Shown: piece by piece, positions 14,680-28,150 of the stretch
Position numbering within the stretch: the stretch's first letter is position 1
Layout: every line of letters begins with the position of its first letter
DNA from: Rhina ancylostomus
Lineage: Eukaryota
Direction of reading: 5' to 3'
NCBI GenBank assembly: GCA_030265395.1
Contig: JARFYF010000063.1
Location: forward strand, 26,433,962 to 26,497,961
Length of the DNA: 64,000 nucleotides
Notes under the pieces: generated by a model
Seen by the model: only the letters and a program-made list of their open reading frames with translations
Database searches by the model: none
Told to the model about the DNA's origin: nothing
Translations under genes and position numbers: made by a program

Positions 14680-16265
14680 ACATCATCAGACCAGTCAATC
14701 AAACCTCGGTAGCAGGGAAACACTTAGAAATGATATTCAAGGGCAAAATTATCAGTCATTTGGATAAGTGTAAACTGATTAGGAAAACCAGCATTGTTTG
14801 TAAAGGCAAATTCTGTTTGACTAACTTGATAGAGATTTTTAATGAGGTAATAGAGGTGGTTGATGAGCAAAATGTGGCTGATGTAGTGGATATGGACTTT
14901 CAAAAGCCATTTCATAAAGGACCACAAACCTGGTTTGTCATCAAGGTTAGGAAGTTGTGGGCATGCTAAGTTGGCGCTGGAAGCATGGCGACACTTGCGG
15001 GCTGCCCCCAGAACACTCTANNNNNNNNNNNNNNNNNNNNNNNNNNNNNNNNNNNNNNNNNNNNNNNNNNNNNNNNNNNNNNNNNNNNNNNNNNNNNNNN
15101 NNNNNNNNNNNNNNNNNNNNTGGCGCTGGAAGCATGGCGACACTTGCGGGCTGCCCCCAGAACACTCTATGCAAAGATGTATTTCACTGTGTGTTTTGAT
15201 GTACATGTGACTAATAAAGAAATCTTATCTTAAGCTTGAAACCCATGGAATAAAAGAGACCATAACAACATGAAGAGAAAATTGGCGAAGTGACAGAGAA
15301 CAGAGAAAAGTTGTGCACTATTGTTTCTCAGGGCAGAGGGAAGTATTCAGTACTGTTCCCTGGGAATCGGTACTAAGACCATTTCTTTCCTTAATATGTA
15401 TTAAGGACTTGGACACAACTTCCAAATTTGAGATGAAACAAAACTTGAAAGTATATTGAACTGTGTGGAGCATAGTTATAAGCTTTGAGAATAAAGAGAA
15501 TGGGCAGACACGTAGCAGATGGAATTTAATGTTGAGAAATGAAAAGTGTTATTTGTCAATGGGAAGAATGGGGATGAATGTGCAAAACTCACTGAAAGTG
15601 GTAAGGTGCGTTGAGAATGCAGATTTACAAAAAACGTACAGGGTTTTGCACTTTATTTTTTAACCGCATAGAATACAAGAGCAAGGAAGCCATGATGAGC
15701 TTTTTATAAAACATTGGTTTGGACACAGCTGGAGAATGGTGTCTGGTTCTGGGCACCACTTTTTTTATAAAAGATATGAGGGTCATAGAGCAGACGCAGA
15801 TGAGGCTTATTATAATAATCACATGGGGGAGGTTTTTTAGTTTCATGGATAGACTGGAGAAGTTGGTAATGTTCTCCTTGGAACATACAAGGTTATTAAG
15901 GGATGTGAAAGAGATAAGTGTCTACATAGAGCAGAAAGAGAGAAATTGTTCCTAATGGAGGATGGGTAATGAACCAGAGGGGACAGGATGATTTTTTGTT
16001 TGTACAAGAACCAAAAGTGACAAGAGGAGAAACTTCCTTTATGCAGTGAGTGTTTAGGATCTGGAAGGCACTGTCAGTGTTGAAGCAGATTCGGCTGTAG
16101 AGTTCAAAAAGGAACTGGATTAATACTTCAAAAGAAACAAAAATAAAGGCTAAGGGAAGATGGTGAGGAAGTGAGACTTGCCGAATTGACCTCGCATTTA
16201 GTTAGTATGAACTTGATTGCCTGAATAGCCTCCTTTAAACTGTAACCTTCTAGAGTTCTGTGATT
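14680..16265 (+). mobile_element. Degraded CR1 LINE interrupted by a SINE
   Basis: RPVNQTSVAGKHLE..KGKFCLTNLIE..VDMDFQKPF RT motifs. Homology resumes after the SINE at about 15232 and runs to a CR1 tail. Confidence 0.8.
14945..15231 (+). mobile_element. V-SINE type-B 3' half nested in CR1 RT (spans a gap)
   Basis: ggttaggaagttgtgggcatgc...aataaagaaatcttatctt splits the CR1 reading ..FVIK / LETHGIK. Confidence 0.85.
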
Positions 16266-17295
16266 CTATCCAATAATAAACAAGCACCTGATATCAAGGC
16301 AGGATGTGTCATGATGCTTTACAGGTTAAGGTGCTTCTTTTCCCCTAATTGAACTACATACATTGTAATCTTCTGTTCTTTCACATAATGGATGAAAATC
16401 TATGGGAAGCATGCCTGTGATCTGCTAACACTAGATTAAGCTGCCCTTTGAATGAGCTTGGTTTATTAAATCAGGAACTGAAACAGGATCATACATTTAC
16501 CACTTAGAATTGCAGAGAATGCTAAATACAGAAAAAAATCCCAACATATTTTATAAGAGTAAACAATGACAAAAAAGGGTGCAGCTCCAGCACAAAATAA
16601 AGGGTAGAGGCATAATCAAAAATGTAGTTAAAGAGATGGCCTCAAAGGGCATGAAGTTGAGAAGATTGGGGAAGAACTTCCTGTGTTCAGCACCTGGGCA
16701 GCTGAATGTACTGCCACCAAAAATGGGGTGAAAGGGGACACAGGACGCAGAAGAAGCAAAATGCAATGGAAAGGTGGCTTTGCCAATCAGGAGGAAAATG
16801 TACTACCAATCACAAAGGATTACAATGCTCAACAATTAAGTTGCACGACTTTCATTTAAAATCAATAGGAATTCAAATGTTAGTCAATGTAACACTGACC
16901 TGTGGCAATAACAGTGAACGTGAATTATAATCAGGAGACTCCACTGTTTCCTGTATTCAATGCAGTTTTATAGCATTTTAAAACTGTATAGTGTTCTTAT
17001 ACATAAAATTACATCACGACTTCTTTTAAAAACAGTGTCATAATTAATCTAAGCAATGTTTGGCAACTTTGGTAATCTGTTCAACTCTCCCATACTTCAT
17101 AAGCACAATTGGGCAAGATGTAAAACTGACAGTCAGTTCACTATCAGCTAATTTTGCTTTGTTAGCAAAGGCCAGTTTCACTCCCTGTATCTTTCAGTGG
17201 GGTGGGAGGTGGGGAAGGAAAGAAACATTTGGGGCAACATCATGGCAATGTTATTTATAGTTCTATTTCACATATCGTTAGGCAAAAGATCCTAC

Positions 17296-17576
17296 CTTGC
17301 TTCCTGAACCTTGCTTTCATTGCCTCTGCATTCAAAGTTCTCAATGTAACCCAGGGAACAGTTGATGGTTGAAAAATTTGGATTGCAAATATCTAAAAAG
17401 TGTGGCCTCAGGCGACCAACAGACACTTTTGCAATGTCAGTGAAGGACTGGCTTATAGCACAGCCAAAGATGAAGCAGCCAACTTGTCGATACAGAGCAG
17501 CTACATATGGGTTGCGGATAAAGGACTTGGAACGTTCCTTCATGTAATGGATTCGGTAGCATTCTCCTGATATTAT
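17296..17576 (-). CDS. PLPP3: PLPP3 exon 3, 281 nt, contains the C1 phosphatase motif
   Basis: Acceptor ttaacag, donor gtagga. Encodes [94 protein letters not shown], with the PAP2 motif KxxxxxxRP (KVSVGRLRP). Confidence 0.97.
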
Positions 17577-20500
17577 CTGTTAAGAAAAACACACAAAATT
17601 ATTACTGAGGTCATTTAGTTTTTCCTGTATATAAGCAATGCCTTGTATAACTGTAGGGGAGAATTATAATTAGCATTTTAGTGGCTGACAACTTGTTTAT
17701 GCAGATTGAGGAGGAAGAAAAGTATTTACTAGCCTGTCAGAACAAATATTTCCCAGAGCAGTTGAAAACAAGTTTGAAAGGAATAAAATATGAAGCAAGA
17801 GAAACTTATCAAATTCTCAGTTAGAAGCTAAAATGCTTATAGGAATACATAATTCCACAATTTAGTTGTGTACTTGAAACTACAGTACTGCCAAATTTTT
17901 CAGTATAGGTCCACACAAGTTGTCTCATGGAGAGAGGGGTGGGGAAGGTGTGTGTGTGTGTTTATTTGTTTGTGGATGCACAAGTACATATGCACTTGTG
18001 AGAGAGATAAAGAGAGAGAAAGAAAAAAAAGATAGTTAATGTTATAGAATGCACCATGAGGTTCATTGACATGGTTTTCAATCTGACATTTTTTTGTTCG
18101 ACAAAAAAGAAATGCGTATTTTTTTGCCAAGATTTACAAACTATGATCAGACTGTGGCATTGTGCCATTTTGTGCTGAAACTGCTGAAAATTCAATTTAG
18201 TCTCCAGGAACAAGAAAACAATACTCACAGTACTGCAAAAATAACCTTGATCTTGATTTTTTAAAAATATTACAAACATAAATCATGTAAAGTAGTGGCA
18301 CTGGAAGAGGATTTTTTTGAAAGATAACTTAAAATATGAACACCATACTAACACAAAGAAAGCACAAAGGGGAAATGAAGTGAAAATGGAAGGGCAACCT
18401 ATACTTTACATGTCATTCAGTAAAAAGAACTGACCACAAAAAAGTTATTTGCAAAGACTGAGTCATTCCTGCCTAGAAATTGGGTTCTGCCATTAAATCA
18501 GCACTAAAGGGTCATCAATTTTGGTCATGTTCAGCAATGTCAAGAGTCCAAAGTTTTGGACAAAAATCACGGTCAAGCTGCTCTTTGTATGTACTAGCAA
18601 TATTGTGCAACTGTTATACATCTTCTTTCTCTTAAAATCAGCTGAAAAATGGGCCTCTATTGACTAAGTAATGTCAGGAGGGGCTTCCAAACACTGAGGA
18701 GAACCATTAGTTTGATTATTTGGTCAGAAGATAAAACAGGAGCATACATTTACAACTAACAATTTTAGAGAACCTTTAAGATAGGAAAATTTTCCAAAAT
18801 ATTCCCAAGTTTCTGGGACAGGTCACCTGGCTGAGCTCTCAAACATAAATGCCGGCTGATGTGGCAACATATCAATGAACAGCAGAACTGATTGGAACGA
18901 TTCAAACAAGGAATACTGGGTACGATGGAATTTGGGAGGTTATAACGTTATTACGGAGAGACTGGATTGTTGATATGCTTGTCTAGAATGTCAGAAGAGT
19001 CAAGAGTATGTTTTTTTTAAGGAGAAAATTGATGATGAAGGAGAGTAGTTCAGTAGCTTGAGGGAAGTTAGTAAGCTAACAAGGAGGCAAATTTCAAAGA
19101 GAAAGAAGAAATATACATTAATATACACAAAGCAAACACAAGTGTGATTAATACCAGCTTCCAGATTAAGTTATTCTTCTCTAAAAATGTTTTCATAGAA
19201 ATTAAAAATAAATGACGTGGAGGAAGTAGTGTGTAGTTTACTGTGAGCTTTCTTTTAAGTTTCAAGCAGGAGTGCAACCCTTCCCTCCAGGAATGCAGCA
19301 GTTCATAACGTAATCAACAGCAGAGCTGGAATGTGACATCTGCACACCCGATCTCTCTATTTATGTTTTTGTTTCTGAAAGCAATCATCCATTGTCTGCA
19401 TATTAACAGATTCATCTAATCATTTTACCAGCTGTTTGGCTCAGCGTGTCAAATGGATTAGAGAAAAAGTACTGAGCTAATTCTGACTGTTAACATTGAC
19501 ATAGTTTGCCTACAAGGAGCATGTAGATTTTAAAATGTCAACAGCGATTGACAAGCTACCTTTAAACAAATCAAATCATCCAAAGAATTGCCATTAATCT
19601 AGGAGTTAATTTGATTGCCTAATTTGATATAGGCAAATCAAATTAATTCCTAAATTTTATATTTTCACTGCAGTAATTGGCCTAGTGAAGTAGTCAGAGT
19701 GCACTATCTAGATTCTGATTAGCTTGTTTGCTGTGCAGCTGAGTGACATGACAGCTAAATGAGTGGATTATATAAAACTATGGTCAAAGCTAATTTATAA
19801 CTTCAAAAGAACTATGGGCTTAGAAATAATAGTGCCCCCACACTTGGTAGCTAATCACTGTTGGACCTTTATTCTACAGAATCAAGGTCCTAATTCACTA
19901 AGAGGGTATTCACTTGCACTCTGGAATCTGGGAAGCAAATACAATACAAATGACATTGTCCTTTTAAATCCAGTTGCTGACTACCACATCATTTTCAGGT
20001 TTCTTGGCCAATTACCTGAACTGACAGGGTGCCAATCCACATGCAGTCGACTCCTATGTTTCAACTCCAGTATTTGAAGGGACATTCCAAAATGCAACGT
20101 ACCGACCTTGAGTTGGGAATTCAGCAAAAGAAATTGGCTCAAAGGCTGAACTTTCACTTGATATGAAGCTTTAAGTCTCTTGAAAAACTGTTGTTCTAGA
20201 ATGTCATGGAAGCTTAACCTCTGCCTGGAGGCCTTGTATGGTAGGGAAAATCTCCTGGATGCTGCCCTCTCCTGATCCTTTCTGTCTTATAGTGCTACAA
20301 ATCTGTGTGGATCAAACTCCTGCTACTCTGACTGATGCTGCCAATTAGGTTCCTAACTCTACTGATTCTGATACTGCTTCTACCAATGCTACTACTGCTG
20401 TTACTGTTCCCAGTCACCCAAGTCTTCACCCGAGGCTCCAAGTAACACAGTTTAATTGGCACTCATGCTAATCTGATACATCAGGGTTCCAAGATAATGA

Positions 20501-21851
20501 TCAAATATACAAATCTCCAAATTTGTCAAAATTTCCTTTTGGCATGAGTGCTGTGAAGAAAGCCTTTCACACAAGCAGGTAAGAAAGCAACTATGTGATA
20601 TCAATGCTTATTGGCATGTTTCACTGGTATTTCTGCAGCAACATCAATTACCATTATTTTCTTGCCAAATATTGCACATTTGCAGTATCCCTTTAAATAC
20701 TGGCAAGATTCAGGAAGTCCAAGAAACCTGAGGACTTACAATTAAATTGCAAAAGCCATATTAATGTTGCTGTAATTTACCAATTAGCATAGTGAAATTG
20801 AAAACACGCGTCTTTGAGGGGTTTGCTGACATACAGCCTAATACAACTGAGTCAGTGGGATTCCCAGCACACTGCCGGCTTAACAAATACAAGTTAGAGG
20901 ACTACAAAATGGAACTTAAAATTTGGTAAAAATGTTCACAATCCCACCCATTTTATAGCTTGGTAGTGGAGAAAAGCAGATAACTTTTCCAGGAATAAAA
21001 GTAAACTCCTCATCGAGATAGGAAATGTCACAATTAATTAACACTATACTGAAATCCATGTAAGATATCACAAAACATGGTCTGTAGTTGTGTAAAATAC
21101 TCAACACAATGTTGGAAATAGATTGCCAAATTGTGAGTTATGCCATAGTTTATACAATTAGCATATCTAGCTAAAATAAATTATTTGATATTAAGTGCTT
21201 CGGCAAAGCAAATCAAACTTTTCCAAATGGTTAAACTATGATCTTATGAGAAGGTAACATGAGGCAGTGATGTTGCCAAAGACTAGATTGGCAATACATT
21301 TATGTTCACATTGATACCCCCAAGGACCATCACTTAGTCTAATAGTGCTTACATGCAGTGATGTGAATATCTCCATTACTACTGATGCAGGAGCAAAACT
21401 CCAACCTTATACCAACATCCTACAAATTTGCTATGCCTGTTTCATTGTTTCAAACTATTAATTACTGCAAATCTGAATACTTACTTTTTGTTATTTTCAC
21501 ACAACTCACTGGCCTTATGAGATGGTGGCAGAAAAGAAGGTTAGGAGGTAGATTTTATTGGACTTTAAAGCCAATTAATTTCCATGGAAATCTTTGATAG
21601 CTAAGTCAAAATAATCAAGAAATAAAAGGGGAAACTGCTACCCAGTCTATCAGGCTGAATTAGAATTATTCTCCTATTGCTGCCAACTTCTTTCAAGTAT
21701 AGCAATCAGGGAATATTGAAATCAAGAATGCATTTGAATTACAAAGTGAATACATTGTACTTTTTGATCACAAGTCTCAGTCAGGTTAATATTGTTAATT
21801 TGGCAATGCTGTCAAAAAGCAAAACACTACACTACAAAGGTAACAGTAACA

Positions 21852-21889
21852 GGAAAGGCTGAAGATTGACGGAAAGGCTGAAGATTGAC
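21852..21889. repeat. 19-bp tandem duplication
   Basis: ggaaaggctgaagattgac occurs twice. Confidence 0.9.
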
Positions 21890-22159
21890 AGTAAGTCTGA
21901 AAGCATTTGTCAAGAAATGACAGTCTCAGATGTTACATTTTTAAACCTTTTCTTACAAACTCAAGTTATTGTAGATCCTCAATCCATAATACAACCTGAC
22001 TATTAAAGAATGCGAGGAAACAAAAACCTGACAGATCTCACAAAAATATCAACAGATCTGAAAGTTCAAGCTTAAGGGTTAAGAGCTAAGGTAATACCAG
22101 CAGCCAAATATACGAACCTAAAGAAACTTTGTTGACTAGTAGGAAAGTGAAGAACACAT

Positions 22160-23405
22160 AAGGCTGCTACAAAGGGATATAAAATCAGGTAAATAAATGG
22201 CCAAAGATTTAGCAAATGGAACACAATGTGAGGGAAAATATGAAATTGTCCATTTCAACAGCAAAAATAAAAGAATACATTATCTAAATGATAAGGAATT
22301 GCAGAGTTCTGAAATGCAGAAGGATCGCTATGTCCCGATGCACGATTCACAAAAGGCGAGTATGCAGGTATTCAAGGAAAGCTAACAGAATATTATCATT
22401 TATTGATAGGAGAATTAAATACAAAAGTAGAGAGATAGCGCTTCAGTTGTGTAGGAAATTGATGAGACCAATACTGTGTTGGAAGCAGCTCAGTTAACGT
22501 CCACTGGACCAATACCTGTAATGTCATATTGTCCTAGGTGGAAAGATTGGAAAGATTAGGGCTGTGTCTGCTGGAGTTGAAGATNNNNNNNNNNNNNNNN
22601 NNNNNNNNNNNNNNNNNNNNNNNNNNNNNNNNNNNNNNNNNNNNNNNNNNNNNNNNNNNNNNNNNNNNNNNNNNNNNNNNNNNNTGAAAGATAACTTGAT
22701 TGAAACACAAGATCTTGAGTAGTCTTGACAGAGTGGATGTGGAGAGGACATATCAATTTGTGGGAGAATCTAGAATAAGATATCACTATTTAAAAATAAA
22801 GGGTTGCTCATTTAACACAGAGATAAGGTGGTTCTTTCTCTCAGAGGGTCACGAGTCTTTGCAATTCTCTTTGATTGGATAGGGTGGGCTTATTTCCCCT
22901 GGATCAAAGGAAGCAGAGGGGTGAACTGATCTGATAGAAGTATATAAAATTATGAGAGGCATAAATGGGGTGGATAGTTAAAATCTTTTTCCTGTAGTCA
23001 AAATATCAAAATCTAAAGGACTTAGTTTTAAGGTGAAGGGAGGAAGTTTTAAAGGGGGTCTGAGGGATACATTTTTCCATATAGAAAGTGGTTGATATCT
23101 GGAATGCACTGCCAGAGGAGGTGGTGGAATCAAATACATTTATTACACTTAATGTGATTAGTGTAGATAGGCAAAAAGGTTGACATGGATGTGATGGGCC
23201 AAAGGGTCAGTTTCTGTGCTGTACTGCTCCATGATTCTAAATGGTGGAAACAGGGCCTTTGAACGTTTTAAGGCAGAGTAAGATTGTTGATGTCAGGAGA
23301 TGGAAGGTTACTAAGTATGATCTAGATTTGAGGTTGCAATCAGATCAACCGTGACCAATGGCAGAATAGGCAAGGGGCTGAATGGCCTTCTCCTTGTTCG
23401 TCTAT
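22160..23405 (+). mobile_element. CR1 LINE 3' fragment with a nested second CR1 3' end (about 22872-23240)
   Basis: RKANRILSFIDRRIKYKSRE and ESRIRYHYLKIKG blocks. A second leqrrlrg..wnalp block with its own tail is inserted before the outer tail. Confidence 0.8.
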
Positions 23406-24259
23406 TCTTATCTTTCAAGCTTTTGAGAGTGTTGATCAAAAGACAGAATATCAAAGCCACTGTCACAGATAGTACACATATAAATAAGGCACCTGTTTCA
23501 AAGATTGCTTCAGCCTCTGCAATGACAACTTAACACATCATTTTTACAAGAGTATTTGAGATTATGCAACATCAAACATTGGACAATCTTTTTAATTGCA
23601 TGTTTGACTTAGTATTTGAAAAAGATTTTTGTATGTCTTAAAACTTGAGGTAAATTGATTATACCCTTAAAGACAACTCTTAAATATATGTCTTTCAAAA
23701 TAGTGGCTCAGTTTCCTTTTTCAAAAAGGAAAAAGAAATTCACTCTGGGAAACATATCTTGTTAATACCCAACTATGATCTAAACTGGAGATCTAGTCTG
23801 AAGGATTTAAATCTCTTAAATAATAAACAGAAAACAGATAACAGCCAGACCATGATTTGTTCCACCTATAACATTTTTTTAAGTTCATATTTCTTCTTGG
23901 AGTATCTCAGCATCTGTGTTTTTTTTTTGGTCTTTGTGCATCTCTTTCACTGTGACAGACTTCAGCATCTAATATAAATCAGCCCAGTCACATTTTGGGC
24001 TGAAGCCCACTTATCTGGCAATCTTTAAAGTCAATTTAATGAAAATCAGATTTTCTCAGTTGAAACTGAATGCACAATCCAGAGAGCATTAAAACCTTAC
24101 CCTGACCATGTCATTTCTGTTGTTCTATTCCTCAGCCTCTGATTTATTGCTGGCTTTATTTTTTTAAATATACATATTCTTAATTTTATTAAAATGATAT
24201 TGAGAGATTTTGAAGAATATTGCACTGTATGAGGTTACACCTTATTTCTGAAATTGTAA

Positions 24260-24560
24260 GGACATCCGCTAAATCTGGAATCTTATGCATCTTGAAAACT
24301 CGATTTTCTACTATTGACAAACTTGCCTTCAGCCATATGGACCTTATACTCTGCAATTCTTTCTCTATATCTCACAGTTCTCCCCCCCTTTCTCTCCCCC
24401 TCCTCCTTTAAGACTCTTCTCAAATCCATGCTTTAGCCAAATTTTTAATCACCCTACCTAATGATTCACGTTGGCTCAGAGTTGACTACACATTTCGGAA
24501 GCACCTTGTCGTGTTTAGCTGCATTAAAAGTTCCACATACTGCAGTTTACTGTTACATTG
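24260..24560 (+). mobile_element. Old L2-like LINE 3' end
   Basis: gccttcagc..ctctgcaattct..tcctttaagactcttctcaaa..gaagcacctt pattern (AFS...LWNSLP...FK..LK). Another L2-like piece at about 36400-36590. Confidence 0.5.
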
Positions 24561-27498
24561 GGAAAGATAAAATTGGATTTTCCTAAAAAAAATCTTTTTG
24601 CTTCATGCTCTCCTAAAAACATCAATTCCTTACTTGAATCATATTTGAAGAACTTTGAGACTCCACGGGTATACTACCCAAATTACAGAATCATTGAAAG
24701 GTTACAGCAGAGAAGGAAGTCATTTGACCCATTGAGTGCTAGCTCTACATGCAGGAATAATACACCTGGCTCCACATCCACTTTTGAACACCATGATTGA
24801 ATCTGCCTCCATTATCCACTCTGGTAGTGCATTTCTCAAACTAACCACTCACTGCATAAAGATGTCTTCCTTTGTATCAGTTTTGGTTCTTTTGCCAATT
24901 AGCTTCTTTCTATATTATCTGGTTCTTGATCATTCTGCCAATGGAAAGTAGCTTCTCCCTGTCTAGATCCTACATGATTTTAAATTTACCGGATTCAAAT
25001 AGTGATTATCCATGTGTAACTGTAACAAGCTTTGGCTATTGTGATAATAAACACAATAACAAAGGCTGATCTTTAATATCATCTCACACACCTCACAAGG
25101 TTGTTGGCTTATAATCAGGAGGGGAAGAGCCTTAGTTTTCCTTTCCCTCAGACAAGGAACATGTAAACACCCTCCTGCAACAGCTTAAGTTACCCTAACA
25201 CAGCACAGACTTAACCAATCACACCCTCAGAGCAGCAAATTAAGGAAGAGTTTAGTGACCACCTATACAATTGGATTATGGTGATGTAGTAACAAATGGT
25301 CATTTCCCATCTCAAATGACCATTAACAATCATCATTTTCAGTTCTCATCCCCTTGGGATGACCAAAGGTTACACATAATGATCCAAAATTCTTATTTCT
25401 GCTGAAGATGAATGGGTGCTTTTACATCAGAGGAAGTTTTGGAGCACACCCAGTTCCCAACACAACTGGCTAGGAAACCTCAGTTGGCTTATCACGACAT
25501 TGGCAGCTCTATGCAGCAGCAGATACTTTGCAGCTGCTGCAGAGCAAATCCTGACAACCCAAAAGCAATATTGCTGATCGGATAGTTTTAAAATGATTCT
25601 TTTTATTTAAAATGCCTGACATAATCACTTTCTCCCCATTTATGAACAATACTCCACTCATGAACCATATTGTGTGTGTCTCCTCGGGGGCAATAATGGA
25701 GCAACATTTTTTAAGAAGCCATTGCCTGTTCCTTACCACAACAGCCTTCCTTGCAGGAAAATTCAATATATATTCAGGAACTATATAGACAAACTATTGA
25801 GAAAGTTTAAATTTTATTTACAGCGTAGTAACAGGCCCTTCCGGCCCAACGAGTCCACACCGCCCATTTTAAACCCCAAATTAACCTACCCGTACGTCTT
25901 TGGANNNNNNNNNNNNNNNNNNNNNNNNNNNNNNNNNNNNNATTCACAGTAGTTCTTTAAACATATTGGAGCTAGTCTTTCTTCCTAGCATTCATCACCT
26001 CGTCAATACATCGCTAATGAATCGAAATGGGTGTTCACTTCCAGAGTTTCCCCACAGAAATCATAGCATAATAACATTTCAATGCATGTGCCCAAAAATG
26101 GACTAGTACTTTAGAATGATGTATGAGTAATAGAAACATATTATACAACATACTTTCTGTCAATAACACCAAAGTATGCTCCTACTATTATCCATTATTA
26201 TAGTCTAACAGGGCAGGGGAATACTTAATGTGCTCTTCAGGGAACCAATCACTGGACAATTGATTTCATTCCCTCTGCCCCAATTTTTGAAAAAAACATA
26301 AAAAATAAATTCCTAGCCAGACAAGTAACACATTCTACAAGCTCGAAACGTTTGATCTCAAGATCCATCATCAATGCAAAACTTGATAGGCTAAGCTATG
26401 ATCTCTAACTACATGTCAATGGATTATGAGGAACAAATCGATAATCACATCTAACCGCAGATGAAACTTTCTGCTAGTGCAAATCAAGTAAATGAAGGAG
26501 CCAAACTGAGCACTGCTCAGCTCAAGCAGGTGGGAAAGTGATAGTGGGCTGACACTTTCTGCTGCTCCAAATTTGCCTCAAATTCAATTCATTGCCCTGA
26601 GCTGGGATGTATCCTGACTGCACATCAGATTCCCAGCAGGATTTTCACTGGCAATACAAAGGCAGTAATATACCAGCATGCAGAGAAGTAGTGAGTGCAC
26701 CAAATGTCAGTCAAGGTTTAATTCCAGTTTAAACTGAAACCAGAGCGATCACCAGGTAAATATTTGGTGCCAACTGAAGGGAAGGGAGATTGCCCCAAGC
26801 ACACTTGCCCAATAAGGGCAAAGAACGCATTTGACGATCAGAGCCTTCTGCCTCCTCTGTGAACTGAATTATATCCTCCAGCTAAAAAGTAGCAGAAAGG
26901 GATCAATAGTAGTTCAGGAAGAAAATGAGGAGAGGAGAAATAAAGGAAGACAATGCTGGAAACACGCAGCATCAATAGAGGGAGAAATAGAGTTAACATT
27001 TCAGGCTGATGAACTTCCATCAGAATGAGGGAAAAACCTTCATTAGTCCTATGAATGTATTACTTCACCAGATGAATTTTCCTTCATATTCTTGGTCAAC
27101 TTAAGGTTCATGGTAGGAAACATCCCCATTAATTTGATTTGTAAACGACACATTGAAATTATGTTGTCATAAGAAAATCAGATTTATTGCTTAAATACAT
27201 TTGTGTGCACAGATGTAGTTTGTGAAATAAGCAAATTAGTGGGTTGGGGGAAATTATGGATTGAACAAAGTAGGATCAAAACAGCAAAAGCTCTAATGGC
27301 AGGAAGAGTGAAGGAAAACCTGGTGGTTTGAGTATAGTTGGCCTTCAATTTTAAAAATGGAGTAATTATGGATGGTAAGAGAATTAACTTTGCACTGTAT
27401 AACAATGCTTTGTAAATGATTGTAAATGAATATGTGTGGTCTCATAATTAGAGTTATAATGGTTAACTGAGTGTTACATCTGTAATTTCAAAAGCACT

Positions 27499-27562
27499 CA
27501 TACATGTACACACGTGTGTGTATACATGTACACACGTGTGTGTATGTGCACACACCACACAC
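27499..27562. repeat. Purine/pyrimidine-alternating tandem repeat (22-bp unit, two copies)
   Basis: tacatgtacacacgtgtgtgta occurs twice, followed by (ca)n. Confidence 0.8.
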
Positions 27563-27719
27563 AAGTCATGTGATCTTAAGCACACATATCTATGCTTCAA
27601 ATGCCACCCAAGATCCCTGAACACTAACAGGGCAACCAGGAGCAAAGGAATCATGCACATTGTGGCCATAAATACCATAAATAATCAACAAGATTGAGTT
27701 GGACGGTCCATCCATTGAA

Positions 27720-28150
27720 TTACAAATATGTGCCACAGAAATAAGCCAATCGGCCCAACCAAACCATGCTAGCACTTGAGCTCCATCTTTCTTCATTTAA
27801 ATCAATCAGTATAATCCTCTATGCTCTACAACTTCATACACTTGTCCATCCTCCCCTTAAATGCATCCACAGTTTTTATTTCAGCCATTCCCTATGGCAG
27901 TGAGTTCCACATTTTCATCATTCTTTGGGCAAAGAAGTTTCTTCTGAATTCCATATTGGAAAAAAAATTCTCTGAGTTCATTCTATCAGAACCCCTTCAT
28001 TCTAACTACCTCCATTACGTTACCTTCAGCTTGCTTTTCTCAAAAGAAAAGAGAGCAAGTCTGTTCATCTTTTCCTGATAAATATACGCTTGCATGTCTG
28101 GTAGTCTGGTGTCATCTTAGTAAATCTTTCTCTGCACCCTCTCCAGCCCA
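27720..28150 (-). mobile_element. Old CR1 3' fragment
   Basis: ggcagtgagttccacattttcatcattctttgggcaaagaagtt is the reverse of the F.QR...WNSLP block. Confidence 0.65.

Noticed and set aside
14972-15170. Apparent tandem duplication of SINE sequence across the gap; similar short duplications flank the gaps at 3611-3710 and 13902-14001
   Set aside because: Identical sequence on both sides of 100-N gaps indicates unmerged overlapping contig ends, an assembly artefact.
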